Virus record (IMG/VR): IMGVR_UViG_3300023179_005186
Coordinates: 251,723 to 315,722 of that record
DNA: 64,000 nt
Reading direction: 5' to 3' (one strand)
Shown here piece by piece: positions 42,682 through 52,424 of the stretch. Position 1 is the first letter of the stretch; each line of letters opens with the position of its first letter. The position numbers were made by a program, and so were the translations under genes. The notes under the pieces were generated by a model that saw only the letters and a program-made list of their open reading frames with translations, had not been told where the DNA came from and ran no database searches.

Positions 42682-44676
42682 ATGAAAAAATCAAAACCAA
42701 AAGTTAAAGAAAAGAAAAAAGATGAAGAAAATTTTGATTACATGAAAACTAATAAGGACAATATTAAGAATGTTATAAGAGATAATGATTTATTACCAGT
42801 TATTAATGATATTACCATAAGAACCAATAAAATTGTTATTCATTCATACCAATTCTTAAAATTATATTTATTGCATCTTTATGAAAATAATCAACCTTTT
42901 CCAGTTTTAGATAAAGAATATATTTGTGATATTTTTAAAGTTATTACAAAACGTAAATGTAATAGTGGTGGTTATACTGAAGAAAAAATGCCTCAACAAT
43001 TAAAAACACTAAATGACTTTTATAAAAATCATTATTTATTAACTATTGCTAATAATGAAGTTCTTTATTATGATAAATTATCATATATTCTTGCTTATGA
43101 AGCGATAGATATGATTACTAATATTACAAATAATATTCAAGAACATTTTATTGACCATCTTAATAGATATGTTAATATTGTATTTGATATTAAGGCAAAA
43201 CGTGAAGAAATAACTAAAAATAATAAAGATAAGGAAATTAGAAAGCAATTACATAAGGTATTATATGAAGAAATAAATAAAGTTAAGAAAGATTTAATTA
43301 CATTTGGAGAATTTACAAGTGATGTTAAATATCATAATTGGATTAAGGAACAAAAATTAAAATTATTTCCAAATAAAACAGAATTTGAAGAAAATAATAT
43401 TTATTATGAACTTAAATTAAATACACAATACTTTCTTTATGGTATGTTTCATATTTCAACTGAATTAGAAAAAAACAATAATATAAGAATTCAAAATGAT
43501 GAAAAACAAATAAGATTATTTAATGTATTACCATTAAGAACTAATATTATTCCTAAAAATGTATGTATAGACACATGTGGATTAATTCAAAATTTTATGG
43601 GTGATGAATACGATAGCAAATTATTAACAACTTATAAAAAAGAAAATAAATATTTTGAATTATGGAATAAATATTTTAAGTTAAATAAAAGAGTATTCAA
43701 AAAAGGTAAAAATTATACATTTTCTTACATGATAAGAACTGATGGTATATCATGCTGTGTATTATTTGTAAAAGTTGATAAAAATGGAAAACCATTAGCA
43801 AAAACATATGCAAATAAAAAATGTTGTCAAGAAGAAAATATTGATTATATTGAAAAAGCAAATGTAGATAATATTAAACATAAAAAGTTTGTTGTTGCTG
43901 ACCCCAATTACAGCGATTTAATATATTGTGGTTATAAAGATGAAAATGATAATTTAATAACATTTCGTTATACACAAAACCAAAGAAGATTAGAAACACG
44001 AATGAAAAAATATAGTAAAATTAAAGATAAATTAAATAAAGAAACTATTATAAATGAAAAGTCAGTAAAAGAATTAGAAACAACACTATCAAAATTAAAT
44101 TCAAAAACATGTTCTTATGACAAATTTAAAACATATTGTGTTGAAAAGAATAAATTAAATTATCAACTATATTCACATTATGAACAAAGATGTTTTAGAA
44201 AATTTAAATTAAATGCATTTACAAATACTCAAAAAAGCGAAAATAAAATGATAAATAATTTTCAAAAAAAATATGGAAAACCAGAAGAAACTATATTTGT
44301 TATGGGAGATTACGATAAAGGCGATTATAATATGAAGGGAAAAGAACCAGTAATATGTAAAAAATTTAGAAGAATATTTAGAAATGCTGGTTATACCACA
44401 TTTTTAGTAAATGAATTTAGAACATCAAAATTATGTAATTGTTGTAATGCAGAATTAGAATATTTTTTGGAAAGACCAAGCAAGAAACCAAAATTAATAA
44501 AAGAGGGAAAAACAGAAATATGTCATGGATTATTACGATGTAAGTCGGTTAAGCATAAAAGCGAAATATTCCATAACAGAGATAAGAATGCTGTGCAAAA
44601 TATGTTAAATATAGTCAAATCGGTTCTACGAACAGGAAAACGACCAGATATATTTTGTAGAGAAATACATTCTTAA
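42682..44676 (+). CDS. Fanzor (TnpB-like) RNA-guided RuvC endonuclease
   Basis: RTDGISC, RuvC-I VADPN, MGDY, RuvC-II NEFRTSKLCNCC, HGLLRC, RuvC-III NRDKNAVQNM. Confidence 0.93.
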   Translation: MKKSKPKVKEKKKDEENFDYMKTNKDNIKNVIRDNDLLPVINDITIRTNKIVIHSYQFLKLYLLHLYENNQPFPVLDKEYICDIFKVITKRKCNSGGYTEEKMPQQLKTLNDFYKNHYLLTIANNEVLYYDKLSYILAYEAIDMITNITNNIQEHFIDHLNRYVNIVFDIKAKREEITKNNKDKEIRKQLHKVLYEEINKVKKDLITFGEFTSDVKYHNWIKEQKLKLFPNKTEFEENNIYYELKLNTQYFLYGMFHISTELEKNNNIRIQNDEKQIRLFNVLPLRTNIIPKNVCIDTCGLIQNFMGDEYDSKLLTTYKKENKYFELWNKYFKLNKRVFKKGKNYTFSYMIRTDGISCCVLFVKVDKNGKPLAKTYANKKCCQEENIDYIEKANVDNIKHKKFVVADPNYSDLIYCGYKDENDNLITFRYTQNQRRLETRMKKYSKIKDKLNKETIINEKSVKELETTLSKLNSKTCSYDKFKTYCVEKNKLNYQLYSHYEQRCFRKFKLNAFTNTQKSENKMINNFQKKYGKPEETIFVMGDYDKGDYNMKGKEPVICKKFRRIFRNAGYTTFLVNEFRTSKLCNCCNAELEYFLERPSKKPKLIKEGKTEICHGLLRCKSVKHKSEIFHNRDKNAVQNMLNIVKSVLRTGKRPDIFCREIHS

Positions 44677-44788
44677 AATTCATATCCGTTTCAAGACGGA
44701 TTATAATCAAATTTTTGCATTTTTGTTTATTTTTTCGTCGTTAATTCGGCGTTTTAAATGTGCAAAGGTGTAAAATAGTTAATTCTTT
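44677..44788 (+). ncRNA. Putative omegaRNA of element 2 (scaffold to 44770, guide from the flank); boundaries approximate
   Basis: Hairpin ATCCGT 44684-89/ACGGAT 44696-701; CGTCG 44736-40/CGGCG 44747-51; enclosing stem TTTGCA 44714-19/TGCAAA 44761-66. Confidence 0.65.
44746..44770 (-). repeat. Right TIR of element 2
   Basis: TCGGCGTTTTAAATGTGCAAAGGTG followed by TA. Confidence 0.93.
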
Positions 44789-45660
44789 CTTTTTATCTTG
44801 TGTATTTTTATTCTCTAATAATTTTTTCTCAATTTCATTTACAGAAATAACTTTGACTGATTCTATATTTGCTTTTTTAGATTTCTTCTTTTTAAAATTA
44901 TTTATAATTTCACAATATTTTAAAGATTCATTTACATCAAATCCATCATCATCTTTATGAAGATAAGGACAACCTAAATTGATACGACGACAGCCTTCAA
45001 TTTTAGATTCATCAGCACAAGATTTTTTTTTACTAATGTTTCTTGATTCTAAAGACATTCTTTCAGAAGATAATCTTTTCCTATTTTCACAAAGTTTTTT
45101 TAATGCAATATCTGCATCAAATTTATGATTACAAATTATATCATCTCTAATTAAAATCAGTACATCAAAAACAGTTTGAATTATCGCCAATGCTGTATTT
45201 TCATCAGTTCTGGTTATATTATTATTCATTATATTATTATCTAAATGAACTCCCATACATCCAAAATCTCTTAAAATTCTTAAAGGATTAGAAAGAATTT
45301 TATTCATTTGAGTTATTTTATGAATAGCTTCTCCCAAATTAATTGGTCTTTCTCCTAACATATAGGTACAAACAGCTTCAACGATAACTCTGGCTTCCAT
45401 TGCAACAGGATCAAATAATTGTTTTGATGCATAATCCTGAATATTCCACATGGATTTTGCCAATAAAATTACTACTTTTTTATAATCATCAAGCTTAAAT
45501 CCTTTATTAATTGATGATTCAGATATGGCCATAACGCCAATAAACCAAAATAAATCTCTAGTATCTTCCCATTCAAAAAAATCAAACTTTAGCTTTCCCT
45601 TTTTTTTTCAAGAGGAGGACCTGGGAAATGCCAAGGTAATGTATTTTTATCATACTCCAT
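44771..45660 (-). pseudogene. Gene interrupted by element 2: DUF4145/HEPN-like domain plus a CCCH-like finger
   Basis: ARVIVEAVC, LRDFGCMGVH, CADESKIEGCRRINLGCPYLH; likely true start ATG 45660, one base off at the A9 tract 45600-45608; AAAATTGA at 45749-45756. Confidence 0.6.
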
Positions 45661-45843
45661 AGGTTATATATATTAAAAAAGAATGTAATATAAGATAATA
45701 TAATATTTAAAAATCATTTTTTTAAATAAAATTAGCTAATATAATTTTTCAATTTTTTAATTGTATAAAGTATTTTCTATATATAGTAATAAAAAGAGAT
45801 AATTACTAAAAATACTAATAACACGATAATTTATCTAAAAAAA

Positions 45844-46200
45844 ATGAGTTCAGAATTATTAAATAATACAGCTTACTACTTATTTGATTATGAAAATAAA
45901 AAATTAATGGATAATTTTTTAAATAATAGTTTGTTTACATTTAATATTGTATTAAAAGCAATTAATAATGAAAAAAAAAGTAAATATAGTATTATATTAA
46001 ATTTTATACATAATTATATATTTTTTCCATGGAATTTAGATAATCTATTCAAACTATTACCACAACTTAAAATTATTATATTAAATTATCCTAAAAATAC
46101 CTGGTGTAATATTGAATTATCTGTAAAAATAAATAATGATAAAAAATATAAATTATTAACTATTTTATTTTATAATAACTTTTTAACTAAAATTTATTAA
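45844..46200 (+). CDS. Hypothetical protein
   Basis: 118-aa ORF. Confidence 0.45.
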   Translation: MSSELLNNTAYYLFDYENKKLMDNFLNNSLFTFNIVLKAINNEKKSKYSIILNFIHNYIFFPWNLDNLFKLLPQLKIIILNYPKNTWCNIELSVKINNDKKYKLLTILFYNNFLTKIY

Positions 46201-46202
46201 GA

Positions 46203-46685
46203 TTAATTATTTAATTCACTTATTATTTCATTTTGAGTTTCTACTTTTGAGTGATTTAATAATTCTGTTTCTATATTTTTCATTTCACTATCTAAATTAT
46301 TTATCTTTTTAAGTTGTTTTTCAATTATCTTTGGATCATTTTGATATATATCATTATTCTTTAATTCATAAATTAATTGTTCTTTTATTTTTTTTAATTG
46401 TTTATACTTTTCAATAGTTTTTTTCTCAAATTTTACGATGTGTTCTGTTGTATAAAAAAAACTATGAATACCAATAAATAATAATAAAATTATTAAGATT
46501 GTGTAAAAATCTGTATTTTTTCTTAATTTTAATTTTTTATAATTTTCCTTCAAATTATATAAAACATAAATTAATAATCCTATATATAACAACATTGTAA
46601 TTAAAGGATATTTATCAGTAAATTTTATATAATGCTTATTTTCAGTATAATTAATTAATTTATTTATTTCTTCATTAAAATTCAT
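46203..46685 (-). CDS. 2TM plus coiled-coil protein
   Basis: Two hydrophobic segments followed by a heptad-rich tail. Confidence 0.55.
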   Translation of the reverse strand: MNFNEEINKLINYTENKHYIKFTDKYPLITMLLYIGLLIYVLYNLKENYKKLKLRKNTDFYTILIILLLFIGIHSFFYTTEHIVKFEKKTIEKYKQLKKIKEQLIYELKNNDIYQNDPKIIEKQLKKINNLDSEMKNIETELLNHSKVETQNEIISELNN

Positions 46686-46774
46686 TATTTTAATATATAT
46701 TTAACTATTTATAATTTTTATAAATAAAATGTTTATTAAATAAATTTTAATTATTATGTTTATATAAAATAAAT

Positions 46775-47179
46775 ATGATTATACCCATAAATAAAAAAAA
46801 TAATAGTAAAAAAAAATCAAAAAAAAATTTAGAAAAAAAAGAATGTATAATATGTTATAAATTAAATCCAACAAAAAAATTATGTATAAATTGTAATTAC
46901 TTATATTGTGTAAAATGTGCAAAAAAATTAGCAAATATTTGTTCAATTTGTAAGAAAGATAATTTTCCATTAAGAATTAATTTTAGAACAACAACTAATT
47001 ATAGATTTATATTTACAAATATAATATATATATTTGGATATATTTCAATTATATTCGGATTATTTATATTTTTAAAATTTTTTTTTAATTCTATATTTAT
47101 AAATTATAACTCTAATTTAGAAATAAAAATATTAATATTTTCAATATATTTAATTTATTATTTTAGAAATTTTATTTAA
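46775..47179 (+). CDS. RING-like zinc-finger membrane protein
   Basis: CIIC...CINC...CVKC...CSIC followed by hydrophobic helices. Confidence 0.65.
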   Translation: MIIPINKKNNSKKKSKKNLEKKECIICYKLNPTKKLCINCNYLYCVKCAKKLANICSICKKDNFPLRINFRTTTNYRFIFTNIIYIFGYISIIFGLFIFLKFFFNSIFINYNSNLEIKILIFSIYLIYYFRNFI

Positions 47180-49273
47180 CTATTTATATACTACATTATT
47201 TATTGGTATTTCTAAATAATATGAAGATCTTAAATTTAAATTAAATATTACATTTAATAAATCAACAGTTGATCTAAAATCTATATTAGTAGACACGTTG
47301 ATATGTGTTACATTTATTTCTAAAATTTTAACATTAATATACATTTTTATATAAGATTGTATGAATTTAGACTCATGATTATACATATTTTTAATATAAG
47401 GATAAATCCAATTATTAATATTTTCTAATAATTGAATATGATTAGAATTTAAAGATCTAATATTTTTTAGAAATCTTATTTTATTATTGGAATCGATTAT
47501 AAATGGATAAATTTTTAAATACATTTCTTTTGGATTATTTATATTTTTCCATTCATCAGCCTTTGTTAAAATACACCCACTATTATTCCAACGTTTATAT
47601 TTATATATTTTATTTTCATCAGATCCTATTGATATATCTGTAAGTTCTTTAATATCAACTAATTGATTAATTTCTTTAAATATTTCTTCATCCTCACAAT
47701 ATATTTCATCTTTTTTATTAATTTTTAAAATGTTTTTTAATATATCTGTAATTGGATAATTTTTTTCTATAATTTTTTTTTTTAAGATATATTCTAAATT
47801 AGTTGAAATTTCACTTTCAGTTAATATACCATTAAGAATTAAATTTGATGAATAAAATTCATAAACTGAACTATTATATGTATCATTACTAATTAATTTA
47901 TCTATAACTAATTTAATATTTTTTCTTATATTTTGAGATAAATTATCATCAGGCTTAAAAGTATAAAATTTAGAATTATGGATAAATTCAAACTTAAAAT
48001 CATTTTTAATATATTTATCTGTATTTTTATGCGATAATCCAACTAAGTTGTTATTATCATAAATTTTTATTGTTTTAATAGTTTCTACAGATGTAGATTC
48101 TATTTTTTTTAAATAATTTTGATATTCACTTGTTTTATATCTAGTTATAATTTCACAATTTCTATAATATTCTGAATCAATCTCTAAATTATAAATAACT
48201 TTATCTAAATCATGATTATCATACATTGTACTTAAAAAATTTTTAGAATCTACATGCGATACACCTATTCTAAAATATTTTGATTTTAACATATTTTCAA
48301 TATAAAAGCTTATATATTCTTGAGTTATTCCATATTTATTATTAAAAAATTCAAGAACTTTTAACTTAACATTTTTTATAAATGTTAAATGTATTGATGA
48401 TAAATTTCGAAGAGTTGGATTTTCTGGCCAAATTAAAGGACAAATATAAAATTCAAAATTTAATATTTGATCTAGATTTAAGTCAATCTTTTTATCATCA
48501 TTTTTACAATATTTTAAATCACTGCTAGTACGAATTATTATAAAATTATTTGTTTCATCAATATAAAGAATACTTTTTTCATTACAATATTTTTCTAAAT
48601 TTATTAAATTATCTTTATTTTTATGATATCCAGTAATTATATTTGAAATCCAATTCTCCTTTAATTCTATTTTTTCCTCTTTATAATTTTCATATTTTAT
48701 TTCATAAAAATTAATCAGATCTAAATTTATATCATTTTGATTTATATATAATTTATTTAATGATGTATTTGTTGTAATTAATTCTTTATTAATTTCAATT
48801 TGAGGATTTATATTAATTATATTCTCAATTGATGGTAATTTAGGTGATTTTGATAAATCTTTTGAATATGAAAATACTTTGTATAAAGTACCATTTAATA
48901 CACATTCTACTTTGATTCCTGATTCTACTTTGATTCCTGATTCTAAATTTAAAACTTCAGATTTATTTTTTATTCTAAATATATTTTGTGTTCTAGAAGA
49001 TACAAAAGTATATTTAAACACATTTAATATATGTTTATCATATTTATTATCAGAAAAACTAATTTCAAACGGTTTAATTAAAAAATAATTTGAAATATTT
49101 GAATTTTTAACTAAATCATTTAAATTTAAATCAAAATAATTAAATTTTTTTTTATTATTTCTACATTCAATATTTTCAGACTTTTTTGCTATAGTTTCTT
49201 CATTATATTTTTTTAAATTTGAAGAATTATAATTCCTTACTAAAAAGGAAAAGTTATTTTCAAAGTTTGTCAT
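47180..49273 (-). CDS. Tandem DcpS (m7GpppX scavenger decapping)-like protein with degenerate HIT motifs
   Basis: WISNII, SDLKY/ADEW, LRNLSSIHL/IRSLNSNHIQLL, DLDKVIYNLEIDSEYY/DLLNVIFNLNLRSSYY; AAAATTGA at 49309-49316. Confidence 0.6.
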   Translation of the reverse strand: MTNFENNFSFLVRNYNSSNLKKYNEETIAKKSENIECRNNKKKFNYFDLNLNDLVKNSNISNYFLIKPFEISFSDNKYDKHILNVFKYTFVSSRTQNIFRIKNKSEVLNLESGIKVESGIKVECVLNGTLYKVFSYSKDLSKSPKLPSIENIININPQIEINKELITTNTSLNKLYINQNDINLDLINFYEIKYENYKEEKIELKENWISNIITGYHKNKDNLINLEKYCNEKSILYIDETNNFIIIRTSSDLKYCKNDDKKIDLNLDQILNFEFYICPLIWPENPTLRNLSSIHLTFIKNVKLKVLEFFNNKYGITQEYISFYIENMLKSKYFRIGVSHVDSKNFLSTMYDNHDLDKVIYNLEIDSEYYRNCEIITRYKTSEYQNYLKKIESTSVETIKTIKIYDNNNLVGLSHKNTDKYIKNDFKFEFIHNSKFYTFKPDDNLSQNIRKNIKLVIDKLISNDTYNSSVYEFYSSNLILNGILTESEISTNLEYILKKKIIEKNYPITDILKNILKINKKDEIYCEDEEIFKEINQLVDIKELTDISIGSDENKIYKYKRWNNSGCILTKADEWKNINNPKEMYLKIYPFIIDSNNKIRFLKNIRSLNSNHIQLLENINNWIYPYIKNMYNHESKFIQSYIKMYINVKILEINVTHINVSTNIDFRSTVDLLNVIFNLNLRSSYYLEIPINNVVYK
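48904..48945. repeat. 18-bp in-frame tandem duplication (ESGIKV twice)
   Basis: ATTCTACTTTGATTCCTG twice plus ATTCTA. Confidence 0.85.
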
Positions 49274-49608
49274 ATTATATTGATTAATTATTTATATTAT
49301 TCTAATTTTCAATTTTTCTATATATAGCTATTATTTTTTACAAATATATCATCAGTGTTAAATATAATAATATGATTTTAATAAAAATAAATTGTATAAA
49401 TATAATATAAATGGATGATATTAATATAAATAATATAAATGATTTAGATTCAATTCATAATAATTACTATTTAGTACTTTATCTAATAATTATTATTATA
49501 ATATTCTTTTCAATTAAATTGATAAGTTATTATACTTGTAATATATCATAAAATTAATATTAAATAAATTTATTATAAAATAATTTTCAATATATAATTA
49601 TATATATA

Positions 49609-49833
49609 ATGGTTAAATATTTAATTCAAAATGATAATAAATCAGATTGTGAAATGGATCTAACTACTTGGATTATAGTAATTATACTTGTTTTAAGCTT
49701 AATATATTATTTAATGAATATGTTTGCTAAAAAAAAGAATCCAGATGGTACTCCAGTTAAAAATAATTCTAAAATGAATTGGTTAGTAATTATTGCACTA
49801 CTTGTATCAGCAATTTATCTTATTTTAACATAA
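49609..49833 (+). CDS. Small 2TM membrane protein
   Basis: Two hydrophobic helices flanking KKKNPDGTP. Confidence 0.6.
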   Translation: MVKYLIQNDNKSDCEMDLTTWIIVIILVLSLIYYLMNMFAKKKNPDGTPVKNNSKMNWLVIIALLVSAIYLILT

Positions 49834-49835
49834 AT

Positions 49836-50804
49836 TTAATTATCAACAATAGTTATATTTTTAGCAATATTGCAATATTTACTATATTTTGGTGGATTTA
49901 TACCTAATTTAATTAACTCATAAATTATTTTATTATTATCATAAGCAATATTTTCATAATTATTAGTTAAATGAATTAATTTTTCTTTAATTTTATAATT
50001 ACTGTAAGAATATTTTAATAAAATTATTTTTTTAAAAATAAATTTAAATAATTTATAGTTAGCTAATTCAATTAGTTTACAAATAATATCATCAATAGCA
50101 TATTTATTAATTAAAATATCTGAATTAATAATTTCAAATAAATAATATATTATTTCTATTTTTTTATTTTTAATTAACTCTAATAATATTATTAATTTAT
50201 AATTATTATTAATTTTCTCAATTAGTAAGTTTTTAAAATCATCAATACTAAAATTAAATTTTTTTAAAATTCTATTTAAATTTTCTAAATCTGCATATCC
50301 TAAAAATAAATAATCATAAATTATTTTCTTTTTTATCAAAATATCTAATATTAACATATCATTTTCTATTAGCCAATAATATACATTTTTATCACAAATT
50401 TCTTTAATTTGTAATTTATTACAATTTATAGAATTATTATTAATTCCATTATTTTTTCTAAACTCTATATAACTTTTTACAAATCTTATATTCTTTTTTA
50501 AAATAAATTTATTTAAATATTCTTTTTTTAATAAAATATTATTAAAATTAGGATTATACTCATTTATTACTTCTATAAATTGATTAAAATAAATTTCACC
50601 AGAAAAATCAGTAATAAATCTTGTAATCAATTCTTCTTTGGATAAAGGTATTCTTTTCATCATATATTTAAACATATCAATTTGTTCATCACTTAAAATT
50701 GTTGTATATATTCTATGTTTATAATTAGATAATTTAGATGTTGGTAATAAATCAAAATAGGTTTCATACCCATCAGACAAATAATCTAAAAACGAAATAT
50801 CCAT
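49836..50804 (-). CDS. Hypothetical protein
   Basis: 322-aa ORF; AAAATTGA at 50841-50848. Confidence 0.6.
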   Translation of the reverse strand: MDISFLDYLSDGYETYFDLLPTSKLSNYKHRIYTTILSDEQIDMFKYMMKRIPLSKEELITRFITDFSGEIYFNQFIEVINEYNPNFNNILLKKEYLNKFILKKNIRFVKSYIEFRKNNGINNNSINCNKLQIKEICDKNVYYWLIENDMLILDILIKKKIIYDYLFLGYADLENLNRILKKFNFSIDDFKNLLIEKINNNYKLIILLELIKNKKIEIIYYLFEIINSDILINKYAIDDIICKLIELANYKLFKFIFKKIILLKYSYSNYKIKEKLIHLTNNYENIAYDNNKIIYELIKLGINPPKYSKYCNIAKNITIVDN

Positions 50805-50870
50805 TTTATATTAGAATACATTTCAAATATAATAATAATATCAATTTTTATATAATATATAGGATAATAT

Positions 50871-51305
50871 ATGGAAAAATCTACTGTTTTTTATGAAAAT
50901 GTTGAAGAAGAAACCAAAAAAAATGATTTATACAGAAAAGTTGTTTATACTGGAAAACAACAATTTGTATATATGAGTATTGAACCAAACGATGGTATCC
51001 ACCTAGAAACACATCCGGATCATGATCAGTTTATAAGGATAGAAGAAGGCAAAGGAGTAGCAATTATTGATGATAAAGTACACAAATTATTCGATGGTAT
51101 AGGTATAATAATTCCAGCAGGATGTAAACATGAAATAAAAAATACTAGTTCTAAAAAAAAATTAAAATTATATTCTATCTATTCACCTCCAGAACATGAT
51201 AAAGATAGAATTGATAAAACAAATCCAGATAAAACAAATGTAAATTTACAAAAAAAATACTTAAAATATAAAAAAAAGTATTTTTCACTTAAAGAAAAAT
51301 TTTAA
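50871..51305 (+). CDS. Cupin-domain protein with a C-terminal KYLKYK tag
   Basis: IHLETHPDHDQFIRIEEG, IPAGCKHEIKN, LYSIYSPPEH, QKKYLKYKKKY. Confidence 0.88.
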   Translation: MEKSTVFYENVEEETKKNDLYRKVVYTGKQQFVYMSIEPNDGIHLETHPDHDQFIRIEEGKGVAIIDDKVHKLFDGIGIIIPAGCKHEIKNTSSKKKLKLYSIYSPPEHDKDRIDKTNPDKTNVNLQKKYLKYKKKYFSLKEKF

Positions 51306-51703
51306 CATCTTGGAGGTCTTACTAATGTAACATTACCTGAAACTTTTTGAAATTTTTTAGAATCATAATAACAAAAAGAGTGAATAACAACACAGTTATC
51401 TTTAAAATAAGTTGTTGAGAAACCATTACCAACATTACTAGGTGTATCAATACTTTTAGTTTTATTATTATAAAAACCAAATAATGAATATAATTCTCTT
51501 CCTTCTAAACTACCAATAGAAAGTTTATAGTTATTTTTACTAATTTCAGTAACTTCTACTCTAACTTCTGTTTCTGAAGTATTAACACTATCATTACTTT
51601 CAATTACAGTAACTAAACCTTTACCAACCCAAGGACCAACAAATTCCATATATAATTTACATATATATAAAAATATTTTATATGGTTTATAAAAAATTAT
51701 CAT
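51302..51703 (-). CDS. Hypothetical beta-rich protein (start probably ATG near 51649)
   Basis: MEFVGPWVGKG N-terminus resembles a lipocalin-like GxW strand. Confidence 0.5.
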   Translation of the reverse strand: MIIFYKPYKIFLYICKLYMEFVGPWVGKGLVTVIESNDSVNTSETEVRVEVTEISKNNYKLSIGSLEGRELYSLFGFYNNKTKSIDTPSNVGNGFSTTYFKDNCVVIHSFCYYDSKKFQKVSGNVTLVRPPRC

Positions 51704-51775
51704 TCAATTATAAAAAATTGAATATCTTATATTATTAAATATTTAATATAATATTTTTACTAATTCTTAATTAAA

Positions 51776-52396
51776 ATGAGTATTATAAGTAATTATTCAT
51801 TTTTAAATATATTTGTAAATAAAAGCAATGAAAATCTAATAGATTTTGATGATAATAAAAATTATAATGATTTTATTAATTTTAATTATTATAAACCTAA
51901 AAAAACAACGCCAATACCAATTCCTTTACCATTAAAAGACATTAATACTACAATAAAAAAATTATCTTTATTAATTTTGTATGATAACAATATTTTAGTT
52001 GGTATTGCAAAAGATAAACTAATTTTACCAAATTCTGAAATATATTCTTGTAATTTTAATAAAGAAATTATTAGAATAATGAATGAAGATCTAGGGATAA
52101 AGGAAACATTTGAATATAATATTATATATAAATATAAAAGTAATTCTCATTATTATATTAATTTTAAGAGTAAACCTTTTATAAATGGACCAATTGAATC
52201 TAAACAAAAAAATTATGAACAATCAAATCAATTAATAAAAGATTTTGAAAGTGAATTAATTTTAAATTATAATGGATATAATTCTGGATTATGTTGGGTA
52301 CCAATTAAAGAAATCATTAATTCAAATAATAAATATGTTGTCGAATCGTCATATGTAAAAGTAATTAGTTATTATTATCATCAATTTATTATTTAA
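51776..52396 (+). CDS. Hypothetical protein, possibly a degenerate Nudix fold
   Basis: LILPNSE...IIRIMNEDLGI and LCWVPIKEI; AAAATTGA at 51714-51721. Confidence 0.45.
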   Translation: MSIISNYSFLNIFVNKSNENLIDFDDNKNYNDFINFNYYKPKKTTPIPIPLPLKDINTTIKKLSLLILYDNNILVGIAKDKLILPNSEIYSCNFNKEIIRIMNEDLGIKETFEYNIIYKYKSNSHYYINFKSKPFINGPIESKQKNYEQSNQLIKDFESELILNYNGYNSGLCWVPIKEIINSNNKYVVESSYVKVISYYYHQFII

Positions 52397-52424
52397 TAAA
52401 TTATAATTTCTTTATTATATTATA

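Larger units (their letters stand above)
38707..44770. mobile_element. IS630/Tc1-mariner transposon carrying Fanzor and captured cargo (element 2, 6064 bp)
   Basis: 25-bp TIRs with 2 mismatches; TA duplication at 38705-06 and 44771-72; transposase; Fanzor; removal restores the host ORF. Confidence 0.95.

Noticed and set aside
44741-44770. C-terminal peptide HLCTFKTPN (and TPIYKKLGHSFFVN at 32236-32280)
   Set aside because: Both are read-through into the transposon right ends, not native termini.
18664-49088. Short nested ORFs 18664-18861, 27544-27780, 31525-31716, 33212-33403, 44760-44960, 46779-46970 and 48879-49088
   Set aside because: They lie within or opposite longer motif-bearing genes and have no motifs of their own.
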